Source: Eledone cirrhosa
Lineage: Eukaryota
DNA length: 64,000 nt
Direction of reading: 5' to 3'
Assembly (NCBI GenBank): GCA_964016885.1
Contig: OZ024742.1
Location: forward strand, 81,344,001 to 81,408,000
Shown here: positions 26,912-40,790 of the stretch, piece after piece
Layout of the letters: each line of letters starts with the position of its first letter
Position numbering within the stretch: the stretch's first letter is position 1
Notes under the pieces: generated by a model
Database searches by the model: none
Told to the model about the DNA's origin: nothing
The model's input: the letters and a program-made list of their open reading frames with translations, nothing else
Program-made: the position numbers and the translations under genes

Positions 26912-29900
26912 TTGTTATTCTTTTAGGAGGGTCATGTTGCCAATAAGAAACACACGCACCAGTTGCTTTCACTTTAATTTATTATTATAATAAATTTATA
27001 ATAAATTTATAAATTTATAAATTTATAAATTTCTGTTTGGTTGGTTGATTCCACAACCAGATAGTTGTTTATATATTGTCATAGTTTTTTCGTCACACAC
27101 TCTGTGACCTCTTCAGTGACTGGGGATTCCTTTCTTTGTTTCTGTGCCTCTCCGTTGTGCTGTCCTACGCCATTTTGTTTCTCTGTGTGTGTTGTGTACT
27201 CAGTCTGCGCATGCGCCACATCCGGGTGTCTGTGTGTGTTTATGTTCATTTATTTATTTGTTTATTTACATGTTACTGGTTGGTTGGTTGTTCTATGTGT
27301 GTGTGTGTTTTCATTTTGTCCTTAATTGTAAGTTGTGATGTTGCTGTTCCACTCATATTTTCTATTTAATTTTGGTTGTAATTCTTTTATGTTTATTGCC
27401 TCTGTAATTTGTGTAAACATTGCGCCTTTTCTGTGTGTAGATTCTATTTTTATTTCTATGTTCTCTAATTTACCCTTGTGTTCTATTTTAGCATGTTGGT
27501 AGAGTACAGATGATTCTTTACTATCTTGAAGGTCTCGCAAGTGTTCATTTATCCGTTCCACTACACTACGACCTGTCTCACCTATGTACACTATATTTTT
27601 GTCTCTACATTGTCCTTCAGTACATCTTATGCTATACACTACATTTCTAGTTTTATAGTTAATATGGGGGTCTATTTTACCGGTTATACATTTCTTATCT
27701 ATACATGAGGGTCTTAGAAAAGGGTATGTCTTGCTAATAAGTGTTTTTACGGAGATACCTGGTCTTTCTAATATCTTAATATTGAGTTTATGTTTATTTA
27801 GGGCCCTTCAAAATTTGTAAGCTAATTCACCTCTAGGGGTTGTATCGATGAACATTGCACTCTGGTATTTATTGCTATCATACCATGAGTTTATTATATT
27901 AGCCTTGTTCCTAGTTCTTTCTATTCTATTCCAAAATTTGCTCCTATACAAGGGGCGGGTCCCATTTATGTCATTATTTATTATTTTTTCCCATTAGGTT
28001 CTGGCTCCTCTATACACTCTGATTTTATCTCTCTGATTGTAGCCAGAGAACTGCATACGGTGGATGAAGTGTTGTATGTGTCTCTCTAGTTCTTCGGGGT
28101 TGCACATGCGGGACACGTTTCTGATCACCCGTAACAAATCCGCAATCAGTATGTTGATTTTGGTATGGTCCGAAACGGCCGAGTTTCGGTGGATCAGATG
28201 TTTGGAAGTCATGGGTTTGGCATAATGGGAATGGAGGATTTGTTTTTTGTTATTAATGGTATCTAACCAGAGATCTGTGTCTAGTACAGGTAATCGATGG
28301 TTGGGGTGTTTACTTGGGTAGTCTATAGTAACACTAATGCTCTGGTGGATGGAGTTAGCTATTTGCTGGATGCTTTCCATTGTCTTTTTCTCTAGTTCCT
28401 GACTGTTCTCTAGTGGGGGTGTCTTAACTACGATGTTTATATCAAGTAGCGGGAGTACATTATCAGGGTTAAGGGGTCTTCTAATTGTTCTTTAAGCTTA
28501 AGCTTACGTCTACTGTCCCACCATACCATGAATAAATTAGCTATGTCGCCTGCAATGCTAACACCAATGGCTGCTCCTTCCTCTTGGGCATATGTTTTTC
28601 CATTAAATTTGAAAATATGTTCCTTAAGGGTTAGTTTTATGCTGGCCCTACCGCATGTGCAATCATTTTCTTCAGTTCATCGTGGTTTTTGGGTGTCCGT
28701 ATGGCTCTGGTCCACCCGTTCCATCTATCTGTGTGTGTTTTCTTGGCCATTGAGGTAATGGTAGGTGGTCTGCCTCTTGCTGGTCTTGTAGGGCACATGT
28801 TGCTAAGGTCATATGTGTCTAGGTAATTATTACTATAGGTAAGTTTAAGTAGGAGTCCCAGCTCACTGGTATCAATCCCACGGAATTTAACATTGCTCTC
28901 ACTGATCATTTCTACGCATTTCTCCACAGCAAAATCCACGTCAATAGATGGACACAGGGACACAACATCCATACTACCTATTATGCAGTTTGTTAGGTCC
29001 CTAGATCGGTTACTCACGCCGATTCTGCTGAGGAGGTCCTCCGTGCTGTCACATACATCTGGGGACATTTCAATGATGGGACGTATGGTCAGGGAGAGGA
29101 AGTAGGACAGACTGTAGTTACTAGCAATGTTAGCTCCACAGACTGACCGTGTTGGTGGTCCCGCGACAGGGTCACAGCCCGTTTTATGGTCTTTTCGAAG
29201 CCCATACAACGCCCGCACGTCATAGTTCCAGGCCTGGAAGTTGTTGGCACTCCTTTTGTTGGGCTGCATTATATTCGTCCACATCCCCATATGGGCATTG
29301 AAGGCTTTTTCTCTATCCGCATGCTCCTGTGGTGTTACCTCTCTTGTGTTAGTGATGTGGGGTTGCATTGCCTGGATGTAGTTTGGCAGGCTGTCAACCG
29401 ACATTCTGCCAGACTTGTCTGTTGGAAAGCATGCTATCTCTCCATTACGCGAGCGCTGCATGAGCTTACGCAAGCCATTTGCAGATTTTTCTCCCAGTTG
29501 CTGGGCCTCCATTCTATTATGCTTCTTGCTATACTGTTCTATAATATTTCTAAGTTCGCATCTAGCTATACTAAATTGTGCTTCTGTTTGTTCATCGACC
29601 TGCGACGGCAATTGCATGCGTTTGTTAAATGGTAAAATCGTGGCGTGGACTCGTCGCAGGTCGAAGATTTATCGGAGGGATTATAAAAACTAGAGTTCCA
29701 GGCTGCTGCTTTATGTGTACTAGTGCTATTGTTATTGTTAGTTGTGTTGTTTCTATTTCTATTTCCACCAACAGCCTCATGGTTGTTTCAATGTCTCTCA
29801 TAATTACTCCTGTCTCTTTCCACTGGCTCATTGTTGTTATCTACCCTATTTTGAGTGTCTGTGTGTTCGTCTTGGTTATTTTCTTTGTCCTTAGTCGCCC

Positions 29901-30143
29901 TTCTCCTTTTAATCCTATTACTTTCCCTTATTTCTGTGATTTCTGTGCTACTGTCATTACTTATTCTCTGTGTCTGTGTGTTTGTTAAGATTGTGGTGGT
30001 GGTGACAGGCATTGAATGTGTGTGTGTTGTTGTTGCTGATGTGTGCTGTTGTTGATGTGTGTTGTTGTTGTCTCCGTGTGTGTTATTATTGTTGTGTGTG
30101 TTGTTATTGTTGTTTGTGTCTGCGTGTCTGTTGTTGTTGTTTC
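26912..30143 (-). mobile_element. PLE family 1, left arm of 6.6-kb inverted dimer
   Basis: ORFs 28637-29617 (PPTRSVCG, GSMDVVSLCPSI), 27994-28380 (LPVLD) and 27322-27639 (YIGETGRS); hammerhead at 27078-27120. Confidence 0.92.
27078..27120 (-). ncRNA. Minimal type I hammerhead in PLE pLTR
   Basis: GUCA CUGAAGA G GUCACA GAGUG UGUGAC GAAA AAAC UA UGAC. Confidence 0.7.
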
Positions 30144-31022
30144 TGACGAGTTCAACAACAACAACAACACAAATATATACGGCAACACAATAATAGATAA
30201 CGATGAATTATCTGTATTACAACTTCCACCTAAGTATGCGACGTTCAAGAAGGTAAATATGATTAGTTGATTATAGAAAAATCATTTACAAAACTACGCT
30301 GGAGCCTCAAAATCAAAAACAAAAACAAAAGCAACAATATACGCACACACATATACAACACACAGCCCAACAACAACAGACACACAGCCACAAACAACAA
30401 CAACAGACACGCAGACACAAACAACAATAACAACACACACAACAATAATAACACACACGGAAACAACAACAACACACATCAACAACAGCACACATCAACA
30501 ACAACAACACACACACATTCAATGCCTCTCACGACCACCACAATCTTAACAAACAAACAGACACAGAGAAGAAGTAATGACAGTAGCACAGAAATCACAG
30601 AAATAAGGGAAAGTAATAGGATTAAAAGGAGAAGGGAGACTAAGGACAAAGAAAATAACCAAGATGAACACACAGACACACAAAATAGGGTAGATAACAA
30701 CAATGAGCCAGTGGAAAGAGACAGGAGTAATTATGAGAGACATAGAAACAACCATGAAGCTGTTGGTGGAAATAGAAATAGAAACAACACAACTAACAAT
30801 AACAATAGCACTAGTACACATAAAGCAGCAGCCTGGAACTCTACTTTCTATAATCCCTCGGATAAATCGTTCGACCTGCGACGAGTCCACGCCACGACTT
30901 TACCATTTAACAAACGCACGCAATTGCCGTCGCAGGTCGATGAATAAACAGAAGCACAATTTAGTATAGCTAGATCCGAACTTAGAAATATTATAGAACA
31001 GTATAGCAAGAAGCATAATAGA

Positions 31023-32156
31023 ATGGAGGCCCAGCAACTGGGAGAAAAATCTGCAAATGGCTTGCGTAAGCTCATGCAGCGCTCACGTAATGGAGAGATA
31101 GCATGCTTTCCAACAGACACGTCTGGCAGAATGTCGGTTGACAGCCTGCCAAACTACACCCAGGCAATGCAACCCCACATCACTAACACAAGAGAGGTAA
31201 CACCACAGGAGCAAGAGGATAGAGAAAAAGCCGTCAATTCCCATATGGGGATGTGGACGAATATAATGCAGCCCAACAAAAGGACTGCCAACAACTTCCA
31301 GGCCTGGAACAATGACGTGCCGGCGTTGTATGGTCTTCGAAAAGACCATAAAACGGGCAGTGACCCTGTCACGGGACCACCAACACGGCCAGTCTGTGGA
31401 GCTAACAGTGCTAGTAACTACAGACTGTCCTACTTCCTCTCCCTGATCATACGCCCCATCATTGAAATGTCCCCAGATGTATGTGACAGCACGGAGGACC
31501 TCCTCAGCAGAATCGGCGTGAGTAACCGATCTAGGGACCTAACAAACTGCATAATAGGTAGTATGGGTGTTGTGTCCCTGTATCCATCTATTGACGTGGA
31601 TTTTGCTGTGGAGAAATGCGTAGAAATGATCAGTGAGAGCAATGTTGAGTTCCGTGGGATTGATACCAGTGAGCTGGGACTCCTACTTAAACTTACCTAT
31701 AGTAATAATTACCTAGACACATATGACCTTAGCAACCTGTGCCCTACAAGACCAGCAAGAGGCAGACCACCTACCATTACCTCAATGGCCAAGAAAACCC
31801 ACATGGATAGATGGAACGGGTGGACCAGAGCCATACGGACACCCGAAAACCACGATGAACTGAAGAAACTGATTTCACATGCGGTAGGGGCCAGCATAAA
31901 CCTAACCCTTAAGGAACATATGTTCAAATTTAATGGAAAAACATATGCCCAAGAGGAAGGAGCAGCCATTGGTGTTAGCATTGCAGGCGACATAGCTAAC
32001 TTATTCATGGTATGGTGGGACAGTAGACTTAAACTTAAACTTAAAGAACAATTAGTAGACCCCTTAACCCTGATAATGTACTCCCGCTACGTTGATGATA
32101 TAAACATCGCAGTTAAGACACTCCCCTCTAGAGAACAGTCAGGAACTAGAGAATAA
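31023..32156 (+). pseudogene. PLE reverse transcriptase core
   Basis: PTDTSGR, LYGLRKDHK, PPTRPVCG, GSM(G)VVSLYPSI (catalytic D changed to G in this arm), QEEGAAIG, YSRYVDDI. Confidence 0.9.
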
Positions 32157-32318
32157 CAATGGAAAGCATCCAGCAAATAGCAAACTCCATCCACCAGAGC
32201 ATTAGAGTTACTATAGACTACCCAAGTAAACACCCCAACCATCGATTACCTGTACTAGCTCTGGTTAGATACCATTAACAACAAAAAACAAATCCTCCAT
32301 TCACACTATGCCAAACCC

Positions 32319-33224
32319 ATGACTTCCAAACATCTGATCCACCGAAACTCGGCCGTTTCGGACCATACCAAAATCAACATACTGATTGCGGATTTGGTAC
32401 GGGTGATGAGAAACGTGTCCCGCATGTGCAACCCCGAAGAACTAGAGAGACACATACAACACTTCATCCACCGTATGCAGTTCTCTGGCTACAATCAGAG
32501 AGATAAAATCAGAGTGTATAGAGGAGCCAGAACCAAATGGGAAAAAATGGTAAATAATGACATAAATGGGACCTGCCCCTTGTATAGGAGGAAATTTTGG
32601 AATAGAATAGAAAGAACTAGGAACAAGGCGAATAGAATAAACTCATGGTATGATAGCAATAAATACCAGAGTGCAATGTTCATCGATACAACCCCTAGAG
32701 GTGAATTAGCTTACAAATTTAGAAGGGCCCTAAATAAACATAAACTCAATATTAAGATAGTAGAAAGACCAGGTACCTCCGTAAAAACACTTATTAGCAA
32801 GACATACCCTTTTCTAAGACCCTCATGTATAGATAAGAAATGTATAACCTGTAAAATAAACCCCCATATTAACTGTAAAACTAGAAATGTAGTCTATAGC
32901 ATAAGATGTACTGAAGGACAATGTAGAGACAAAAATTTAGTGTACATAGGTGAGACAGCTCGTAGTGTAGGGGAACGGATAAATGAACACTGGCGAGACC
33001 TTCAAGATAGTAAAGAATCATCTGTACTCTACCAACATGCTAAAATAGAACACAAGGGTAAATTAGAGAACATAGAAATAAAAATAGAATCTACACACAG
33101 AAAAGACGCAATGTTTAGACAAATTACAGAGGCAATAAACATAAAAGAATTACAACCAAAATTAAATAAAAACACACACACACAGAACAAACAACCAACC
33201 AGTAACATGTATATAAACAAATAA
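32319..33224 (+). pseudogene. PLE RT thumb plus GIY-YIG endonuclease
   Basis: RMQFSGY...CIDKKCITC...NVVYSIRC...VYIGETARSVGERINEH...RQITEAINI. Confidence 0.9.
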
Positions 33225-33356
33225 ATAAATGAACATAAACACACACAGACACCCGGATGTGGCGCATGAGCAGACTGAGCACACAACACATACTAGAAAG
33301 AAAATGGCGTAGGACAGAACAAAGGAGAGGCAAAGAAACAAAGAAAGGAATCCCCA

Positions 33357-33399
33357 GTCACTGAAGAGGTCACAGAGTGTGTGACGAAAGAACTATGAC
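33357..33399 (+). ncRNA. Minimal type I hammerhead in PLE pLTR
   Basis: GUCA CUGAAGA G GUCACA GAGUG UGUGAC GAAA GAAC UA UGAC; stems I and II pair perfectly. Confidence 0.75.
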
Positions 33400-33546
33400 A
33401 ATATATAAACAACTATCTGGTTGTGGAACCAACCAACCAACCAGAAATTTATAAGTTTATAAATTTATTATAAATTTATTATAATAAATTGAAGTGAAAC
33501 AACTGGTGCGTGTGTTTCTTATTGGCAACATGACCCTCCAAAGTAT

Positions 33547-33585
<39 letters not shown>

Positions 33586-33588
<3 letters not shown>

Positions 33589-34245
33589 CTCTGGTTCATG
33601 TGAATCATTGAGCACTTGCTGCACATCTCGGAGGTTGTTTTTCGTTATTTCGTTGGTCGAAATGCGAATCTCGATAATTTATGTTTGTATTATTCTCGAG
33701 ACTCTAGGTATTGGCCAGTTAATATTCTTGATTTTATTGTTGATTCTATGAATAGCTTATGTTAATTTTAACCCTTCTGTTGAGAACTCTGTTCGATTTG
33801 TAAGGTTTTTTCATTCTTGCAACAAATAAACATAACTGAATTTCATTCGCCTGATATAGGGGTTGCCTCCCTTGCCGATCCCCACGTGAGGTCAGCAATA
33901 GTCAGTCCTTGTATTAACATTGAACTAAAACCTGTTTAGAAATTAGCTTCCTTGTTGAATCATCTTTCCAGAAGCCTGACATTATTTATGTAAGCGGACG
34001 GTACTTGATTTAGGAGCCGCAGAAACACATATATAGGATTTTACCAACCTTCCAGGGTACGGGTAAATTTTCAATACCCGAATTACTTGATCGTTTTTTT
34101 GGGGTTATGCGAATGATTGTTTAACCATCGTCTCAGTGTGTTTGGCTTTTAACGTTTGTTTATAGCTTTGGTTCATTTGAATCATTGAGCACCTGCCGCA
34201 CATCACGGAGGTTGTTTTTCGTTATTTCGTGGGCCGAAATGCGAT
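33586..34245. repeat. ~80-bp direct repeats (33586-33667, 34162-34243) flanking ~500 bp
   Basis: atagct(c/t)tggttcat...gaaatgcga occurs twice. Confidence 0.75.
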
Positions 34246-35065
34246 CAAATTGGGCTACTCAGCAATTAATATGCTTAAGGGAAGTATATACGTTCAATCT
34301 GGCAGGAAGGTATACGTTGCTGACGATAGCTAATAAGCTTGAAACTAGTGCAGCGTTCCTTTGTCAGTGTTCAACAAAAGGGCAACGATGGTTGCTAAAC
34401 ACTGTACGGCTTAATACGGCATGTTTGTTTACAAACACACCGAGCGTTATAATAAATGTTCGGTGAATCCATACGTACATATATATATATATATATATGT
34501 GTGCATGTAAGTATATATATATACATAGTACTGTACGTCTGTATACATATATGTATGTACGTGTACATACTTATATTTAAGTAACAGCCGTACTAAGAGT
34601 GCGAAATTAAATTTCGTTTCATTTTTCCGTTTATCGTTTTCGGTGCACCCGGCCGATTAACCCACTCGATATGCAAATTGGGCTACTCAGTCGTTAATAT
34701 GTATAAGATAAGTATATACGTTCAACAATCTGGCAGGAAGGTATACGTTGCTGACGATAGCTAATACGCTTGAAACTAGTACAGCGTTCCTTTGTCAGTG
34801 TTGAACAAACGAGCAACGATGGTTGCTAGACACTACAGCTTAATACGGGATGTTTGTTTACAAACACACCGAGCGTTATAATAAATGTTCGGTGAATCCA
34901 TACGTACATATATATATATATATATATATATGTGCATGTATCTATATATATATATACAAACTACTGTACGTCTGTATACATATATGTATGTACGTGTACA
35001 TACTTATATTTAAGTAACAGCCGTACTAAGAGTGGGAAATGAAATTTCGGTTCATTTTTTCTGTT
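34246..35065 (+). mobile_element. Tandem dimer (period 431 bp) with one minimal hammerhead per unit; non-LTR retrozyme-like
   Basis: Units 34246-34633 and 34675-35066; CUGACGA at 34320 and 34751. Confidence 0.75.
34746..34786 (+). ncRNA. Minimal type I hammerhead (intact core)
   Basis: CGUUG CUGACGA UAGC UAAUAC GCUU GAAAC UA GUA CAGCG; the sister copy at 34315-34355 has a GUG triplet. Confidence 0.8.
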
Positions 35066-35082
35066 TATATATATATATATAT

Positions 35083-35200
<118 letters not shown>

Positions 35201-35244
35201 GTATATTTGTATGTATGAATATATGTATTATGTATATATGTATG

Positions 35245-35296
<52 letters not shown>

Positions 35297-35347
35297 CTAT
35301 AATATATATATATATATATATTATATATAAATGAGAGGTATAGAGAT

Positions 35348-35429
<82 letters not shown>

Positions 35430-35545
35430 GGATTCATATAGAGAATTGGATTCACAATCACCAGGCTGTGAGTTCGATTTACTGAACGGGCAATGCGCTA
35501 TGCCCTTGAGCAAGACACTTTATTTTACTTTACTCCTTCTACCTC
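35430..35545 (+). mobile_element. SINE family B
   Basis: gtgagttcgatt...gcccttgagcaagacacttt. Confidence 0.7.
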
Positions 35546-36246
35546 GAGTTTCGACTGATAGATAGTATTAGCAATTGGAAAGATCAATGGATTTGACGAA
35601 AGTCGATCGAACGTATATATATATATAATCTGTTTGCTAAAATAATCAAATTATATTAATTCAACATTTAAACACACATAAATAATAAGGTTGTTATCAC
35701 ACGGCCAGAAGATTGACAAGACAAAGCCAAATATTACTAATAGCTGTAGGAAAGCCATGAACGACAACACATCCGTTTAACTTTGATTTTGAAAGTAGGT
35801 TCATAATTATCAATTTTCATTATTCTTCTATATTGTCTCGCTGGCCTAGTTCGTAGGATCATAGACGGTTATGATCTTGGTCTGAAGTTTGATCCTGGTC
35901 GGGAGTAGGGCTCCCTGTGAAACTTTTCATTTTTTTCTGTGTTGTAAAATAAAACTGAAAATGGTTACATATACATCTTTACCAGGATTGAACCCATAGC
36001 CAGGATCTCCACCATTTCTAGGCCACGCAGAAAACAACCCAAACCTCAGGAAAATCCATACTTAAAAAAACTACTTTCAAAATTTTCATAAAGTGTGTTT
36101 CATGTCTTTCTTAATGTCATTGCTCCTACTTAAATTCGACTTCTAAATCAATTTGGTGTTCCATAAACTACCTCCTCGTTGTGTTTCTCATCTATCTAGA
36201 CTACATTTTAAGCTGCAATCCATATTTCATTGCGGTTCCACCTCAT

Positions 36247-36520
<274 letters not shown>

Positions 36521-37077
36521 TATCAGCCTGTAGGTTGAGGAAAAGGAGGAGGAGAGGAAAGGAGTACAAGCTCTTCGTACTCCTGGAGATGAGGGTTGCA
36601 CATTTTTTTCGGGGGTCTGTGTTACCCATATAAACTGTCTCCCTCTATTGGGGAAAATCGACTAACTTTTAAATTCCATCTGTGATAACATTTTACACGT
36701 TTTTATTGTATGTAAACTTCCCCCTTTGTATTTGTCCCCTTCTTTTGTGCCCCTGTGGCTAATAAAGAAATATATCTATCTATCTATCATTCTCTCTGTG
36801 ATATTTGAATCTACTATTATGTGGTCTCACCTTATTCCTATATATATATGTTTTTGCATGTCAGTTAGATTCAAACTTACAATGATTGGCACTATATATA
36901 TATATATATATACACACATATATACTGTCTAAATATAGGTCTAAAATATTGGTTAGCAGATGAAGGGGGCCCACCTACGTATAGAATACTAATATTTAAC
37001 TTGTATAATGAATAAATAACATCCTCAAGAAATACATAATTGGAAACAAAACAGTGGAATCAAATTATTTCGGAAAA

Positions 37078-37152
37078 ATATCTTACCTTCTCCAATAAAA
37101 CACATTATAAATAATGACCTTTCGTCTTTCACACTCACTCACTATGTATATG

Positions 37153-37249
<97 letters not shown>

Positions 37250-37307
37250 AGTGAGTGTGAAAGGCCAAAGGTCATTATATATAATGTGTTTTATTGGAGA
37301 AGGTAAG

Positions 37308-37311
<4 letters not shown>
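37078..37311. repeat. Palindrome with ~64-bp arms around (TA)n
   Basis: atatcttaccttctccaataaaacacattata... and ...tataatgtgttttattggagaaggtaagatat. Confidence 0.85.
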
Positions 37312-37365
<54 letters not shown>

Positions 37366-37777
37366 TTGTGTGGGTGGGTGTATGTGTGCGTGTGTGTATC
37401 TATATATCACTCTCTATATATAGATAGATATATGCTTGCGTGTCTATATATGTATGTTTGCATGCGTGAATACACTAAGCTTTAGATTTAGTAGAACGTA
37501 CAACCACTGGTTCCAGCTATTTTTAATATCTTATATTTTGGTTCCTATTAATTCTGTGTGGAAATCGTTGACCAAATGCTTTGCTTAATTGTTTTATTTT
37601 TTTTTATGTATACTTTCTCTCAGATTTCAGGTATTTTTTAAAATCAAATCATTGGCCTCTAAAATACTACCGTGGGACACCTGGCGCCCACTTGCCATTT
37701 ACGCAACTAAATATAAGAAAGCGATTTTGTACACACACACGCACCCCCCCCCCCACATACCCCCCCCCCCACACACA

Positions 37778-37811
<34 letters not shown>

Positions 37812-38350
37812 GTGTAGATAAGACGCGATTAATTCACCATAAATGTTCATTGCATGATGTATATTTCCGTTACATAGTTATTCATGAGAATCGATGAGCT
37901 GCTTCCACAATCATAGATGCAGTTGTGCAAAAATTGGCATATGCTTCTGCCATACTGACAGGATGGTTATAGATGACCACCGGCATATCCAATAATGTCA
38001 TAACTGCAGCTATTTTGTGCAATAATCTGATGAAGTCACGTGAATAACTATGTAACAGAAATGTATATCAAGCAATAAACAAGTATGGAGAATTAAACCC
38101 GTCTTAATTACTCTTAATTGATGAATGAATTTTCCGTCACTCATAATCACCGATTCTCACCCGGGATAAACTACTGACGTGAAGTACATTTGGATCACTA
38201 GGAAAGGCTTCTCCTTCAGAATTTACGACATAATAACTACTTATAAGCAGCATTCTCCTACAATATATATATATATATGTATCTGTGTGAGTGTATGTGT
38301 GTGTGTGCTTGTAAGTACGAAGCTATGAGGAAAAGTATGTTAATATGAGG

Positions 38351-38395
<45 letters not shown>

Positions 38396-39149
38396 CAGCT
38401 ATGAGGGGATTAGTGTAGTGTGCGTATTTTATTGCTCTGTATTAGCTGTAAGAGTACATGTTTCTGACCATAAGAGAGCCATAGAAATATGAATATGAAA
38501 TATTTATTCACTTATATATTTTATTCCGAGTTTAAGTTTCTCCTAACGTACAATATAATTCACAATTATATATAATTAAGATTGCCAGTAAGTGCAAAGT
38601 GTCAGATCTAAGTATAAGCTACGCTCTACTGAAGCGCTGAGAATATCTGAAAAGTCTGATGGGCATGTATTGAAATTATTGTTTGCAGAGCACAGAAGTT
38701 ACCTTGTCTGCCATTTGAAGATCTATCACTTTATTTTTGAAATTTCGATGATTATTTCCTCAAGGTTTTGGATTCAGCTTTGTGAAAATAAAAAATGTTT
38801 GAATTTTCAAATTTCTTTAGCCTTTGTAAATATATTAAACTATATTTAATCTTAACTCCTCTATAAATATTAAATTTGTAAATCAATGTTGAACAATATG
38901 TTTTAAGTTGAAAACATTTATTGGTTGATATATGTGTAATTATAACATTAATTACTCATTTATTTCATATAATACATATGCATGCGATTATATAAATATA
39001 TTATGTCAAAGGAAAGTAAATGTGCGCGTTGCTTCTTCGAGGCCTAATAATGGTATACAGATTATAGTTGATGTGTTTAAAAATTATGTTGTAATTATTT
39101 AATTATGTATAATTTTCTTGTTTTATTTAATTCATGTATTTTTTATAAA

Positions 39150-40790
39150 ATATATGACACACGGATAGTACATATGAAACAACTAAAAATGGTAATATGG
39201 GTTACATATCGACAACCCGACGCTCCTATTCCTGATGGTAAGTTTGAAAATACGCCCAGAAGGATGGAAGAAGTCCTTGACAAACAGAACCAGGGTCTCA
39301 ACATTCTGTTGCTGGGAGACATTAACCTAACAAGCATCAAATAGCCTGAGGGCCACATCCTCCCTGGATTGACATATTTCGAACAGAGACAGACGGAGCC
39401 CATGCTGGTCTTCACATACAAACTGTCCATGGCACAAGCAATACTCATCCCGAGAAGAGGCGAGAGTGTCCTGGATCTCTTCTTTACAAACAATGCAGTG
39501 CTCATCGACAATGTAAAGATGACACCAACGATTTTCTCGGAACATAACTTAGCAGAACTAATGATATATGTTCTGAGAGAGTCATCAAAGACGCAACCGT
39601 TAAGAAGACCCGGGAATTTATCCAATCTAAACTTCCACAAGGCTAACTGGAAAAAGATCAAGAAAGAGATCCGGAAGCAAAACTTGAGCGAATACATCCC
39701 CAGAAGAGATACCAACACACATTTTCAACATTTCATGCCAGCAAAACAAACTACATGCCATACGTTTGTCCTGGAGAAAAAGGCCAACGGACACAAACAT
39801 CTTATTCCCAGAGACGGGAAATCCTTATGAGAAGAAGAACTAAGCTCTCAAACCAGCTAAATGTACAAACGAAAAGCAAGAAGAAACCCTATCTGAAACA
39901 GGCACTGCAATATTGGGCCACTCTTCCATAAAATGGTTTATTAAACGAGGATCCTCCAGGGGTAAATGAAATACTGAATGAATAATACAAAAGTGTTTTC
40001 ACACCGTTATTGTGGCACATGCTCATAACATAGCCAGAGAATTTCTTTGATACCACAACACTCCATGTAGAAATGGCGAACATCAATCACACAGACATAA
40101 CGGAGGAAGATGCGATATCCGCAATAGACGAAATTAGAACAAACGCATCAGCTGGACGTGATTGAGCCCTAGTAGACCTCCTACAAACATGCAAGCTTGC
40201 CTTAGCAAGACAACTGAAGATACGCTTCAGAAGTTCATTGGCTAGCGGTAAACTACCCAAAGAGATACATTATGATACAATATGCCCTATCTATAAAAGA
40301 GGAATCAGAGCAGAGGACTAACTCTACATTCCTGTCTCCCTGACGTCACATATCAGTAAGATCATGGAACGAATCATTATAAAGAAACTGACCACGTCTC
40401 TCGAGGAAAATGACCGCCTAACTAGCATGGAGCATGGCTTCCACCAGGAATAATCTGCCTTATACATCTGTTACAGCACTATGACTGAGTGGCGATAATG
40501 TGCAGAAGCCTCGGTGGCTGGATCTTGAGGACTATCCGGACAGGAGACCAAGAGACAATGTTGATAATATGCAGGAAATTTGTCCTAAGCCACCTGGACT
40601 ACTGCTCCCAGCTGTGGTCACCACATAGTATCAAACTAACCACAGAATCCGAGGCAATCCAATGAAGCTACACCAAGAGGATTGCCATGTTGAAGGAGAT
40701 GAGCTACTGGAAGATGCTAATAGAACTGAAACTCTACTTCTCGGAATAACGGGAGGGATACGCAGTGGTATACATATCGAAAATCCTATA
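39150..40790 (+). pseudogene. Decayed, internally deleted CR1/L2-group LINE ORF2 (APE endonuclease plus RT)
   Basis: VTYRQPD, LLGDINL, RRGESVLDLFFTNN, SEHN, PVSLTSHISKIMERII, EHGF and LDYCSQLWSP motifs. Confidence 0.8.

Larger units (their letters stand above)
30144..33551 (+). mobile_element. PLE family 1, right arm of inverted dimer
   Basis: Near-continuous RT plus GIY-YIG reading frame with few lesions, then pLTR with hammerhead, ending in (TA)n. Confidence 0.93.

Noticed and set aside
20724-33551. Large palindromes as assembly or chimeric-read artefacts
   Set aside because: The arms carry many independent substitutions and indels; artefacts would be near-identical.
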